Source of the DNA: the human T2T-CHM13v2.0 reference genome, Homo sapiens
DNA: 64,000 bases
Assembly: GCF_009914755.1 (NCBI RefSeq)
Contig: NC_060932.1
Direction: 5' to 3' (one strand)
Both the position numbers and the translations under genes were made by a program. Under the pieces are notes generated by a model, which worked only from the letters and a program-made list of their open reading frames with translations, had not been told where the DNA came from and did not search any database. Below, piece after piece: positions 28,667-41,372 of the stretch; positions within the stretch are counted from its first letter, which is position 1, and the number at the start of each line of letters is the position of its first letter.

Positions 28667-29612
28667 ACGTAATTGTAAATTATTTGGTCTCTTACACCTT
28701 AGTGAAAATATTTGAGCCTCTTTTGTCACTGGATGTTCCTCCATACAGTGTGTCCTGCAGAAATGGTCATTAATTCTGTCACTTAAAGAAAGCAAAGCAG
28801 TGAGGAAAGAAATTCACGTTTCTCAAGTGTCTATAATGGATAGCTTAGGTCGTCTGCGTATGTTATCATCACTTCATAACTTTTGGTGGTGGGGGGGAAT
28901 GTAGCACAAAAATTGTGATCCGAAGCCAAATCAAGTTTCACTTCTCTGACATCAGAGTTAACTCATTGAGCACTGTAATTCAGAACCTTAGGTTAAAAGA
29001 CTAGTGAAAGTAGTTCCTATATACACTTCAATCTTTCCATAGTATTACAATTGTTTCTTTTGATCTGTTTGAATAAATCCTTTGTTTCTAATTGTGTCTA
29101 TCAAATTAATAAGTACAAAAGGTTTGTAAGCTAAATTCGAAGAATTCCATTGATAACATCTGCTCCTAAGTGTTTAGCACACATTTTAACCCTGAAAGCA
29201 TATTATGAATACATGCATCTCCAGAACTTTATCATTTCTTAAACTTGAAACTAATGCTAGAGCAAAAATTATGTCTGACCTAATGTCCTATATATACAGC
29301 CAGGAGATATGATAAGGCTTGCAACTATTCCTTAGGAATAATTTTCCTTTCTTTTCAATTACTTCTTATACATGTCTCTGTATTTTTCAAGATTTTGCTT
29401 TTTTTGCTGAGTAGAAAGTGTATCTACTTTGACATGTAACAAACTTTTCTGTGTATCACTAACTAAATACCCTAAAATTCATTTTTATTTCAATGGCAAA
29501 GATTTAAAACTAAGGAATTGTGGCACACGCGCACACACACACACCCCATATATATATACCATGAGTCTCAAACTATTTGTTATTATTAGATATGCAATTT
29601 TCCAAAACTTAA

Positions 29613-29916
<304 letters not shown>

Positions 29917-30055
29917 CAGCTTAATACTTTTAAAGAATTCAGCTTTAATCAAATTGTATGTAGTTTAAGTAGTTGTGGAGTAAAACTTTCAATAAATTAG
30001 GAAATTCTAAAGGTGCTCTGGAGCCTCCCGTATCACCAAGGCAACACAGGCTGGT

Positions 30056-30507
30056 GTTTCACCATGTTAGCCAGGATGGTCTCGGTTTCCTGATCTCGTG
30101 ATCCACCCACCTCGGCCTCCCAAAATGCTGGGATTACAGGCGTGAGCCACCGCCCCCGGCCCATGTGGAAATCATTTACTTGCACAAAATTATGTAGCTA
30201 ACTGGCAAGAGTGAGAATTAAAATGCATTATGTTTCTTAACTCCCAGACCAATGCTGCATTTACTTGTATAATACCAGTATCTTGTGATATAGGCTAAAG
30301 GTATCTCTAATCAATGAGTTACAACACACTAATATAAATTATAGAAGGTTTATCTCTCTCAGTATTTAAGTAGGCTTCACTCACTCCTATCTTAACTGAA
30401 AAGCCCTTCCTCTGCGGTTTTCCAGTCTCACCCTCTTACTAGGCATCAGAATTAGCTGGAGCTCTTACATAGAAGTCAACGCCCAAGCCTTACCTGGAAA
30501 GATTATG
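30056..30507 (+). repeat. 452-bp dispersed direct duplicate of 31241-31692
   Basis: No mismatch found on base-by-base reading; offset 1185 bp; contains the Alu 5' end, unique DNA and part of a MER5-like element. Confidence 0.95.
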
Positions 30508-31000
30508 TTCTGTCACTGCTTCTGCTGGCCTCCTGTTGCCATTGAGTTGACTAGCATGGAAAGCACAGAATGGGACAAGGAAATACTGAAATGCTTTGCC
30601 ACTAACTTTCTCTCACCCTAGGAAATATCCTTTTTTCAACATGAAAAATCTGAACTAGATAATCTTCATTACTTTCAGGTTTAAAACATGTTTTTCTAAA
30701 ATTAAACTAATTTTAAAATAAATTTCACTGGAATAAAAATGCTGACGGTAGAGAACACAGAATGAGTTTTCTCTAAGCCCTGCAGTTCTCCAAGGAGGGT
30801 ATCAGATGTGTTTCATCACATGAATCTTTTGATTTTTTTTTTAGGAAATTAAAGAAAAAATGTTAAAGCATCCTAAGATTGATTAGAGTTGGAATTATAT
30901 TTAACCCCGGGGACAAATCAGTTACCTGTTCTAGAGAGCCATGATTCTGCTAAAAACGTGGTTGAAAACTAAAACAAATTTAGACTGAAATGGACCTTAG

Positions 31001-31346
<346 letters not shown>

Positions 31347-31619
31347 CATGTGGAAATCATTTACTTGCACAAAATTATGTAGCTAACTGGCAAGAGTGAG
31401 AATTAAAATGCATTATGTTTCTTAACTCCCAGACCAATGCTGCATTTACTTGTATAATACCAGTATCTTGTGATATAGGCTAAAGGTATCTCTAATCAAT
31501 GAGTTACAACACACTAATATAAATTATAGAAGGTTTATCTCTCTCAGTATTTAAGTAGGCTTCACTCACTCCTATCTTAACTGAAAAGCCCTTCCTCTGC
31601 GGTTTTCCAGTCTCACCCT

Positions 31620-31775
31620 CTTACTAGGCATCAGAATTAGCTGGAGCTCTTACATAGAAGTCAACGCCCAAGCCTTACCTGGAAAGATTATGATTAATTG
31701 ATGGTAATGGCCAGGTATAAGCTATTTTTTTTTTTTTTAAAGTTCTCCAGGTGACTTTAATATGAGAGAACTACA
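31620..31775. mobile_element. MER5-like hAT-Charlie remnant
   Basis: gcatcagaattagctggagctctt...tttaaagttctccaggtgactttaatatg resembles MER5A/B. Confidence 0.55.
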
Positions 31776-31782
31776 GTCTTAC

Positions 31783-32675
31783 CGTGTCTGGAATTGCTGG
31801 GTTCTTGGTCTCGCTGACTTCAAGAATGAAGCCACAGACCCTCGCGGCGAGTGTTACAGTTCTTAAAGATGGTGTGTCCGCAGTTGGACGTGCCCGGAGT
31901 TTCTTCCTTCTGGTGGGTTTGTGGTCTCACTGACTTCACGAGTGAAGCTGCAGACCTTCGCAGTGAGTGTTACAGCTCTCATACGCAGCACGGACCCCAA
32001 AAGTCAGCAGCAGCAAGATTTACTGAGAAGACTGAGAGAACAAAGCTTCCACAGCTGAGTAAGATAACCTACCGGGTTACAGCTGTTGACTGGGGCGGCC
32101 TGATTTATTCCCTTATCTGGCCCCACCCACATCCTGCTGATTGGTCCATTTTACAGAGAGTTGATTGGTCCACTTTACAGAGAGCGGATTGGTCCGTTTT
32201 GACAGAGTACGGATTGGTGCGTTTACAATCCTTTAGCTAGACACAAAAGTTCTCCAAGTCCCCACCCGTCCCAGAAGCCCGGCCGGCTTCACCTCTCACT
32301 GGCACTTACCATGGGGACTGTGCGGCACCTAGCCCGGGCACTCTGGCAGCCCAGAGGGAGCTTGACCACTGATCAAGCTCAGGAGGCGCCAGCCAGCCGT
32401 GCGGAGTGCAGGCCCGCTGAGCCCGCGCCCACCTGGAACCCGCGCTGGCCCGCCAGCGCCTTGCGCAGCCCCGGCTCCCGCCCGCGCCTCCCGCTCCACA
32501 CCTCCCTGAGCAGAAGGAGCAGAGGGAGCCGGCTCCGGCCTAGGCCAGCCCCAGAGAGAGGGCCCCCACAGCGCAGCGGCGGGCTGAAGGGCTCCTCGAG
32601 CGCGGACAGAGCGGACGCTGAGGCCGAGGAGGCTCCGAGAGCGAGGGAGGGCTGCTGGCACGTTGTCACCTCTCA
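31783..32675 (-). mobile_element. LTR12-family (ERV9) solo LTR, ~0.9 kb, CpG-rich
   Basis: Minus strand begins TGAGAGGTGAC; four gattgg (CCAAT) repeats; ggtctcgctgacttcaagaatgaagcc U5 repeats; TSD ttac (31779-31782, 32676-32679). Confidence 0.95.
32104..32217 (-). promoter_or_regulatory. ERV9/LTR12 core promoter (CCAAT x4, CACCC, GATA, AATAAA/TATA-like box)
   Basis: attgg at 32140, 32164, 32188, 32213; ccccaccc 32121-32128; cttatct 32112-32118; tttatt 32104-32109. Confidence 0.7.
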
Positions 32676-33374
32676 TTACCTCTTTCATCTTTTCCCATTC
32701 CTGAGCTACTGCTTTCTCGTTAACTCAGTCTGACTTTCTAACACTTACAATGACATAATAACTATATTAAAAACTTCAAAAGAGGTGAAATTTACAGTAA
32801 AGGGTAAAGAAATTCAAGTCTCTGAAAAGCAGGCCCTTTTCTAACAAGCCTCAATGTTTACATTGTATTCTTCCACTGCCGCTGCTAAGCTTATCTAGAG
32901 TGGTCTACATTTTCCCATCTCCCATTCGCAACTCAGCACTGTGGCAAGGCTTCTGTGTTCCCAAGTTGTGTGTAATTACTGCCGGCAAGCTACCAATGAC
33001 TGCTTAAATTGTCAAACTCAATCAGTGTTTTTAAGTTAACACGTTTGGCCGCTCTGTAGTATTTAACAGCGTCCTGTTTCTCAACACTTTCTCTTAGCTG
33101 TTTTTTTATCTGACTCCTTTGTGGGACTCTCATGCCTGGCCCTAGTCTTGGTCACCATTTCTTCTCACTTGGTACCAAATCCACACCAAACGCTTGATGT
33201 ATCACCTATGGATGTTGATAAATTTTCAAACCTCTATCTCCAGCCTCTATCTCTTCTTGAGTTTCAGCTCCGTAAGTCCACTTACCCAGTGTCTCTTGAT
33301 TTCCATGGCACATAGGCATTTCAAATAAAATATTGTCTCCTCTGCCTCCAAATTGCTCATGCTTACATCCCATC

Positions 33375-33737
33375 TGCTATAGTTTAAATGTGTGTCCCAT
33401 CCAAAACTCATGTTGAAATTTCATTGCCATTGTAACAGTATTAAGAGGTGGGACATTTAACATGTGATTGGGTAGAATTAATGCTGTTATAAAAGGACAG
33501 GTTCAACCCCTTTTTGTCTCTTGGTTCTTCTGCCTTTTGCTGAGTAACCAGCCTTTCTCCACTCCAGAGTCTGCAAAGCATAGTTTTGGAAGAAGAGAAT
33601 GGCCTCACCAGACACCAAATCTGCCAGCCTTGACCTTAGACCCCAACCTTCAGAACCATGAGCCAATAAATTTCTGATCTTTATAAATTACCCAGTCTCA
33701 GGTATTCTGATATGGCAGCACAAAACAGACTAAGACA
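33375..33737 (+). mobile_element. MST-type MaLR solo LTR inserted in an L2 remnant
   Basis: tgctatagtttaaatgtgtgtccc ... aacagactaagaca; 5-bp TSD ccatc. Confidence 0.9.
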
Positions 33738-34029
33738 CCATCCATTCCAAAAATTGAGGAGCCATCACAGCTTCTTCCCTCTTTTGACACCATTCATCCT
33801 ATCCTTGCCAAATTTATTTTCTTTATGCTAATGGCTCTCAAATATAACCACTCCCTATATTTGTTGTCATGTCCTATTTCTGGCCTTCATTATTTCTTCT
33901 GTAGTCAGTCTTCAGACTGGTACTTTTGACCCTCTTCAATTTCTCCAAACTTCTATGAGTGTGATTTAAAAATGTAGACACAATTGTCACTTTAATATCA
34001 CCTCATCCATACATATAAAACCCACACTT

Positions 34030-34368
<339 letters not shown>

Positions 34369-36884
34369 TTACTCTATTTATATACATGTTGTAACACGCA
34401 GACATACACACACACACCCCTATATGCAAATCTCCAGCCTCAGTTCAATAACCCCCTCTAGCCCTCTATGTTCTAGCTATACTGAACTACTTGCCATTCT
34501 CTCCTGTGCTTTTGTCTTTAGAACACCCTTCCTCCTCTTTTCCCCTTGGACTATTTGTGTTTATTCTTCCAAATTCAATTCAGCAACCACTAGCTGTAGC
34601 ATACCTTCCAACTCTGGTTCAACCCCTCCCACCCCCAGTGCCCTCTGTCCCTACCTCCAAAACGGCCTTTGCAAAAATTATAACCGTGAAAAAATTATGA
34701 CAGTAAAATTATGACAATCTAACCAGCTCCATCCTGTCTTTGACCTCCAAACTGGGTCATTCCCGGGTGTGGGCCAAGCTAGCTAGGAGAAAAATTTAGA
34801 TTATAGTTTAAATAATAATAGCCCCTCCCAAAACTAAATCACCTTTATAAAACTAATAAACATTTACTAGATTAAAAAAATAAGGGCCTAAATTCTGCTA
34901 AAATATAGGCACAGTTAAACAATTACCCATCATTATTCTAAAAGTCACAAGATTTACAACTTCCTCAATTACTTCTGTAAATAACATCACTATTATAAAA
35001 CTGAAGACTGACCCTTTGAAATGTCTTTTCAGGCTTTTGCATTTCTGATGACCAGATGTCCCTACCTGAATCTGTGATTCTGACTCAGTTGGTCCTGTGA
35101 ATCCTGCCCAGAAGTGAACTCAATGCACAAAGCCAATTTTCCATACCTCTATGATTGCATCCCTAACCAATCAGCATTCTCCATTCTCTAGCTCCTGCCC
35201 AGCAAACTATCTTTGAAAAACCCTAGCCTCCACATTTTCAGGCAGGCTGATTTGAGTAATAACATAACTCCAGTTTCCTGTTTAGCTGGGTCTATGTGTA
35301 TTGAGCTCTTTCTCTATTGCAGTACTCCTGTCTTGATAAATTGGCTTCATCTCAGCAGAAGGCAAGAGGAACCCATTGGGTAGTTACATATTTGGGAGCT
35401 CATCTGGGATAGTTGTTGCGGGCACCTGCCTGCAGTTTGGCAGCCCCTCACTGGTGATGGGTCTGGAGGCCAGCCCAAGTGGCCACCTCACTCTATTGGA
35501 CTAAGGGCTATTTCTGGCACTGCAGCTACCAGCGGGGTGCTGTTGACCTATAGTGGATGGATCTAATTGCAATGGAGAAATATTGGTGAGTATTCCAGGC
35601 ACTGTCAACACCCCCTTACTTCTCTCGATCTGTTGGCCTCTCTAGAGGCATTTATTATTTTTCCCTCCATTTTTCCCATCACAGAGACTGGCTGTGTAGT
35701 CTATCATGAGGACTGTTTGGCTCTCCGTAGATTGTAGGAAGAGTTTTGCTGTGGGGATATTTCTCCCCAAATGTATGGAGAATAGGGGACCTGTTTGGAG
35801 GAATATTCTTCTGGTTTGGAATCTGGTTTGGAAGGTCTTATGTCTTTAATTTGTTGCGTGTGTTTATGTAAAGGAGATCGCTGAAGGAATTGCTGGTTGA
35901 AGTCTAGCAGCCTCTCCTAGTTTGTCTGGTGGGTCACATTCGGTGAGCCCTGAAGGAACTGTTAGCAGGAGTTCAACAGGTCTAACTCAGGGTGATCGTC
36001 TGCTCTTCCATCTTGCCCAGAAACCACCTGTTGAAATTCCTGGTCAGAAATCATCTGACTCCACTTTGAGTAGATCAAAGATGTCAAGGTCCAATAGGAG
36101 CAACTTTGAGGCTTGCCAGGTCGATACTCAAGTGCTGAGTGGGGTGACTGGTGTGTGTTTTGTTATGTGTATTTTGTTCCAGTCAGAATAAGATATGTTA
36201 ATTCAGCTCCCCCATGAAAATTGAGAGGCTTTTGCCTATGGTTCCATGAAGTGGAGAAGGATGACTTCCTTTTGTAATGCAGCTTGGCCCCTCTATCTAT
36301 GGCACAGCAAACATAGTCACCAAAGTCACTCAGAGAAAGGGAACCTGGAAACCTGTCAAACTGGCAAAAGGGTAAGTATTTCTTACCAGGCAGGCTTCTG
36401 GCCTCTATCTGAGCAAACCAGTTGGTTGAATGAATGGTAACAAAGAAGTCTCCTCTGCAAGGTTTTGATTAATAGGAAAAAAGATTTGTGAGACTAGACT
36501 TAGGCTGTAGCAAATCTGGTGTATTTTGTACCAAAATTTGTCTTTCTGTGTTGTTCTATTGTGGAGAGGGGTACCACAGAATAGAATGTAGGCCTAAGAC
36601 CCCTATAAACCCATTGTTCGAGCCCACCCTGAAGACTGATCGGATACAAACTTTGCTGCACATCCCTGAAACAAAATCATGAGGTTTCCCTCTTGTCTTA
36701 TGTCCTTAAAAACTTGACTTTGTGACCACATGGAGGCACTCTCTCTTGGTCTCTGCCATTTGGCGGGAAAGAATTTTCAGGTTCATGTCATGGCTAGCCT
36801 TAAGAATTCTCTTGAGCAGTTAAAATCCTTTACAAGCTTAAAAATGACCACTCTAGACTCCTTCTGGGAGAGCAATGACAATTG

Positions 36885-36960
36885 TCCCATGCTGTAGTTC
36901 AGTAGCTAAGGCACTGCCCTTTCACAATGGTGGCCTGGGCTCAATTCCCAGATTAGGGAA
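36885..36960 (+). pseudogene. Degenerate tRNA-Glu(TTC)-derived segment inside the ERV internal region
   Basis: tccc...agtagctaag...ctttcac...ggcctgggctcaattccc...agggaa versus tRNA-Glu TCCC...AGTGGCTAGG...CTTTCAC...GGCCCGGGTTCGATTCCC...AGGGAA. Confidence 0.7.
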
Positions 36961-37940
36961 CAAGTCCTTTCTGGTTTAAAAATTGTGGGACTTTTGCCAT
37001 TTATTATTTTTTCCTCCATGTACAGCTTCTGATATCCTGTCTTAAATTTTTCTTTCCCTGAGCTACCTTTAGGGTGATTTTAGATCTTGTAAAGCTCACT
37101 TGCCATCTCTTTGGAGACACCTCATGTGTCTGTGGTTAAGTCATAGCCTGAGTTAAGGATTATTAATTTTATGTGGGAGGTTACCTTTGGTAAAAAATTC
37201 AAAAGCTGAAAATATCCACTGTTTGTTCCTGCTGAAATCTGGTAATAAGAAATTTTTTTAAAGGATTTTTTTTGAAAGTTCTGTAGTTAAAATTGATTTA
37301 ATTTGGACTATATGGGTACAGATATTGTTTTAAGGCTCTTGCTCTCCCTCTGTAAAAACTACTCAGTCAACTGAATTCTGTTTCTCATTTACTCCTGTTT
37401 GTCCCTCCTTCCACTGTATCTAATCTCTGACTTTTGGGGGCACCAGGATTAATTTGCATTATGAGAAAATTTAACCTTAATGTATAATAGCTAGATAAGA
37501 GATATACTTTTTTAAATGGCTGATGTCAGTTGCTTACAGTGAACGATGATCACCACAGGGTTGTACGTCTTTCTTTCTATGTTGAAATAAGGAAAGCATG
37601 CTTGTAAACACCTAGAAGGTACAGAATGGAAGATGGGGTGATTATAGCGTAGGCTGATTGGCATTGGGTTGCCAAGCGGCCTAGGAGAAATGTCCTTTCA
37701 ATGAGATACACTGTGGAATGATTGCACTGTCTTGTCTTATAGTATTTCCCTCTTTTGGAGACCCCAGGATTTGGTGTAAAAATGAGATCCTTGATCTTGG
37801 GGATCTGTTTTGCCTTCCAGCTGTGCCTGCTTATTGGACCCTAAAAACTGCATGCTTTCCTGACCCTGTTCCCTAAAAGACTCCAACCTGAAGCCAATAA
37901 TCCAATCAAGAAACAGATCTTTAAAAAGTCTCTCTGTGTA

Positions 37941-38032
37941 AGGTGGAGGTTGCAGTGAGCTGAGATCACGCCATTGCACTCCAGCCTGGGCAACAGAGCA
38001 AGACTCCGTCTCAAAAAAAAAAAAAAAAAAAA
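37941..38032 (+). mobile_element. 5'-truncated AluS 3' end
   Basis: ggaggttgcagtgagctgagatcacgccattgcactcc + poly(A); degenerate TSD tctc(t/c)c(t/c)gtgtaag. Confidence 0.88.
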
Positions 38033-38253
38033 ATCTCCCCGTGTAAGCGTGTCTGTTTTTCCTGGTCATCTTGACTAAACTTTTATCCACACCATTTTCC
38101 CTTGGTTTAAATAAAATATAAGTTCTCTATTTTGTTTCACCTAAAAATTATCCATTTAAAAACACAAATTTAGAATTGCCTGGCTGACAATTATTTAGAT
38201 CAGAGAACAGATAATCAAGAGACTAATGGTCTGAGGTCAAAAAGGAAAACTTA

Positions 38254-38448
<195 letters not shown>

Positions 38449-39707
38449 TCATCATCATCTTATCCCCCCACCAGATCTGCTTCTGTCTATTTATATATGC
38501 TGGGAACATATTTTGTTACCAAAATACATAAAAGAACTGTAATTAATTGGCTTTAACAAAATTCTGTATATAAGCAAGTTGGCCAAAATTAAAAGGATAT
38601 TACTTAGTTCTTCCATAAATTAAAATATTAAAATAAGAGTACACTGATGCAGGGCCAGAATCTAGGTCCATCTGTCTAAATAACAGAGTTTCCTTAGAAC
38701 ACTGATATTCCCTTTAATAAAAAATTAGAAAGGATTATAAAAATAGACATAAAAATTATACCTCATAGTCAAACTAATTAAAATTGGACAGATTTATTTA
38801 CAAAATATTAAAAATTGAGTATAACATTAAGAATACACTAATGCAAAATTAAAATTTGGCTTTCTCTTTTAAATAAGATTTTCATAACATTGAGAAATAA
38901 AAAAAATTTATTTGTCATTTAAATACAGGGGAGAGAGAAAAGACAGTTTCAGTTGGCTTCATGCTATCTGTATTGGTCTTAACAAGTTGAGACTCCTCTC
39001 TATTAACAAGTAAAGATTTTTGCCTTTTTGAAATTTTCAATTATTATTTTGGCTAAATAAATGACTTACAATGACCTAGAATTCTATTTTGTGATATCAA
39101 GTGTTAAACGTTAGATATTTGACAAACATTCCAAAATCAAATTCTGACTTAAGTATATTTTTGACCTCATTAACTTTTACGTATTAGGTCCCCTGAAGTC
39201 CAAAAGAGACGTATTTGACTTATTTGGTATACTAAAATCATACAGAGAGCATTGTCAAATATAAAATGGTATTCAACTTTTTTTTGGCTGCAGTCAATAA
39301 ATGTGTTATTAATATGTGTTCCAACATTATATACTTTTCCTATAATTCTGATATGACTGAGTATATGTTATAAATAATAATAATTACTATATGGTTATGT
39401 GCCATAAAAATGACCAGGTTTCCTTTTCAGTTGCATCTTTAACTGTGGCTGTCCTGACTTTTGTCTTCCACAGATAACTGTCTTGTTTTGATCCTTTTCA
39501 AAAGGCGGTTTATAAGCAGCTATAAGATGCTAATGGGTGCTCTTGGATGCAGGTGTCTGATAATTGTAGAGACTGTGCCATTAAAATGAAAAAGAAAAAA
39601 AAATTAACTTCCAGGACTGTCATAGAGAGCTAGTGTGTTCATGAGGACTGCTGGTCCAATACTGGGCAAAACAGGAATTGCATGGACTGAATTAATAAAA
39701 GACCAAC

Positions 39708-39838
39708 ATCAGGTGCAGTGGCTCACATCTGTAATCACAGCACTTTGAGAGACTGAGGCAGGAGGACTGCTTGAGCCCGAGAGTTTGAGACCAGCCTGGG
39801 CAACTTTGGGAGACTCTGTCTCTTAAAAAAAAAAAAAG
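39708..39838 (+). mobile_element. FLAM-C-like Alu left monomer
   Basis: Single left arm ending ctgtctctt + poly(A), no right arm. Confidence 0.8.
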
Positions 39839-41372
39839 AAGACTGAAATAATATTTATGACATTTTGTTTAAAATATTGCTAATTCTTTTGTTTTGCAGA
39901 GTCTAGAAAGCTTTTTTCTTTTAAGCTATTTACAGAGTATACTCATGGAAGTAAAAGTTAAAACACATTTCTTTCTATCTTATTTCTCCAGAATTTAAAA
40001 ACTATTTGTAAGCATATACTTAATTTATAACAGTATAGTTACATGCATAAGTTCAATAAAAATCTGTTTTCTTTTATGACAAGATACCACTGGTTATTTT
40101 ACCAAGGCTTTGACTAGAATGGCATGCTTTCAAATATAAAGAGACTGCTTTAAGGAATCAAATTGACTTACAGAGTTGATAAAAGCCCCTTGAAAAAATC
40201 AACTTCATACCTTGTCTATCTAGTCCCTATACAGGGTTCCGACCTATGATTTAAAAAAAGAAAATCACTTTCTGATAGGCCTGGGAGCCTCAAGTTATCT
40301 TGGGACCTGGAGAAAAGAAAAATTATCCAATTCATACAACTATTTGCAGGCACAGATAAATCCATGGCTGGCTCAAGGCTTTAAAAATTCAAATCTGCAA
40401 TTCCTTATTTTAAAAAGTTCCAGCAAAGCCAATGTTTAGAAAGCCTGTATGGCAAATAATTGTTCTTGCTGCACTTAATGCAAATAATCCAGCCAAGTAT
40501 TAAAAAACTAGACTCATTTTGCAAATAAATTTGTCCTACTATGATTTGTCGTTAATAAAATAGAAACTGGAGAGAGAAAAACATTATGTTTCAAATAAAA
40601 AAACTATAATACATCTGTTTTTAGGTTCTAGTCTTGTCCACTGTTTTGGGGTTTTTATTATTTTCTGCAATTTGGACTGAATCTTGAATTCTTTCCAGGC
40701 TACAGGTCCCTAAACTTAACGTTTTCAAATTTTTCTTCCATTTTTCTGACAATGACATTGCGACTACCTTTTCCCGAAGACCTTGAAAGCTAGAACTTAT
40801 TCCTTGTAATACAGGCAAGAAAATCATGTCAGATCAGACTGCCACCACCTTTTTCCTCTGTAACTAAAAATGCTTTGAGTCTAATATCTGGATAAATTGT
40901 ACCCAACATTAACCTTGGCTTTTATTTCTATAAAAATGCCTTTTATTAAAAACTTTTGCCTTCATCATATATAGAGGCCTAGCCCATCATATATAGAGGC
41001 CTAACCTCCTGAAATGAGACACAGTTGTTTAACTGATCTAGTCACAGAACTAAAACTGACTATAAAAGATATGGTATATTTAAATGTACTCTTTCCTGTT
41101 TATCCCAATTTGTCTTTCTAACAACCTCTGACCCAAATCTCTCTCTACTAGCAAACTCATCTCTGACTGGCTCTCAGGGCTATTCACCAGAATCTCTCAG
41201 GGCCTCAGATGAATTCTACAAGAACTCCTGCAGCCAGAACTTTTGCTTGTTATATTAGGCATGCAGACAGCTGCAAAGCAGTTTTATTTCTCTTACCCTG
41301 GGACTAACCCCAATCTCCACTAAGCCCCCTGTCAGCAGGAAGTTGGAGCAGTCACTGACTTTTTTCCATCTC

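Noticed and set aside
32130-32225. ~24-bp periodic repeats resembling a CRISPR-like array
   Set aside because: These are the LTR12 CCAAT tandem units; no unique spacers and a eukaryotic context.
31851-32733. 96-140 aa GC-rich ORFs and a CpG island suggesting a gene start
   Set aside because: Entirely inside the LTR12; long ORFs are expected in stop-poor GC-rich DNA.
40963-41006. 22-bp tandem duplication catcatatatagaggccta(g/a)cc
   Set aside because: Ordinary slippage duplication inside the ERV; the same applies to 2708-2771 and 63612-63655.
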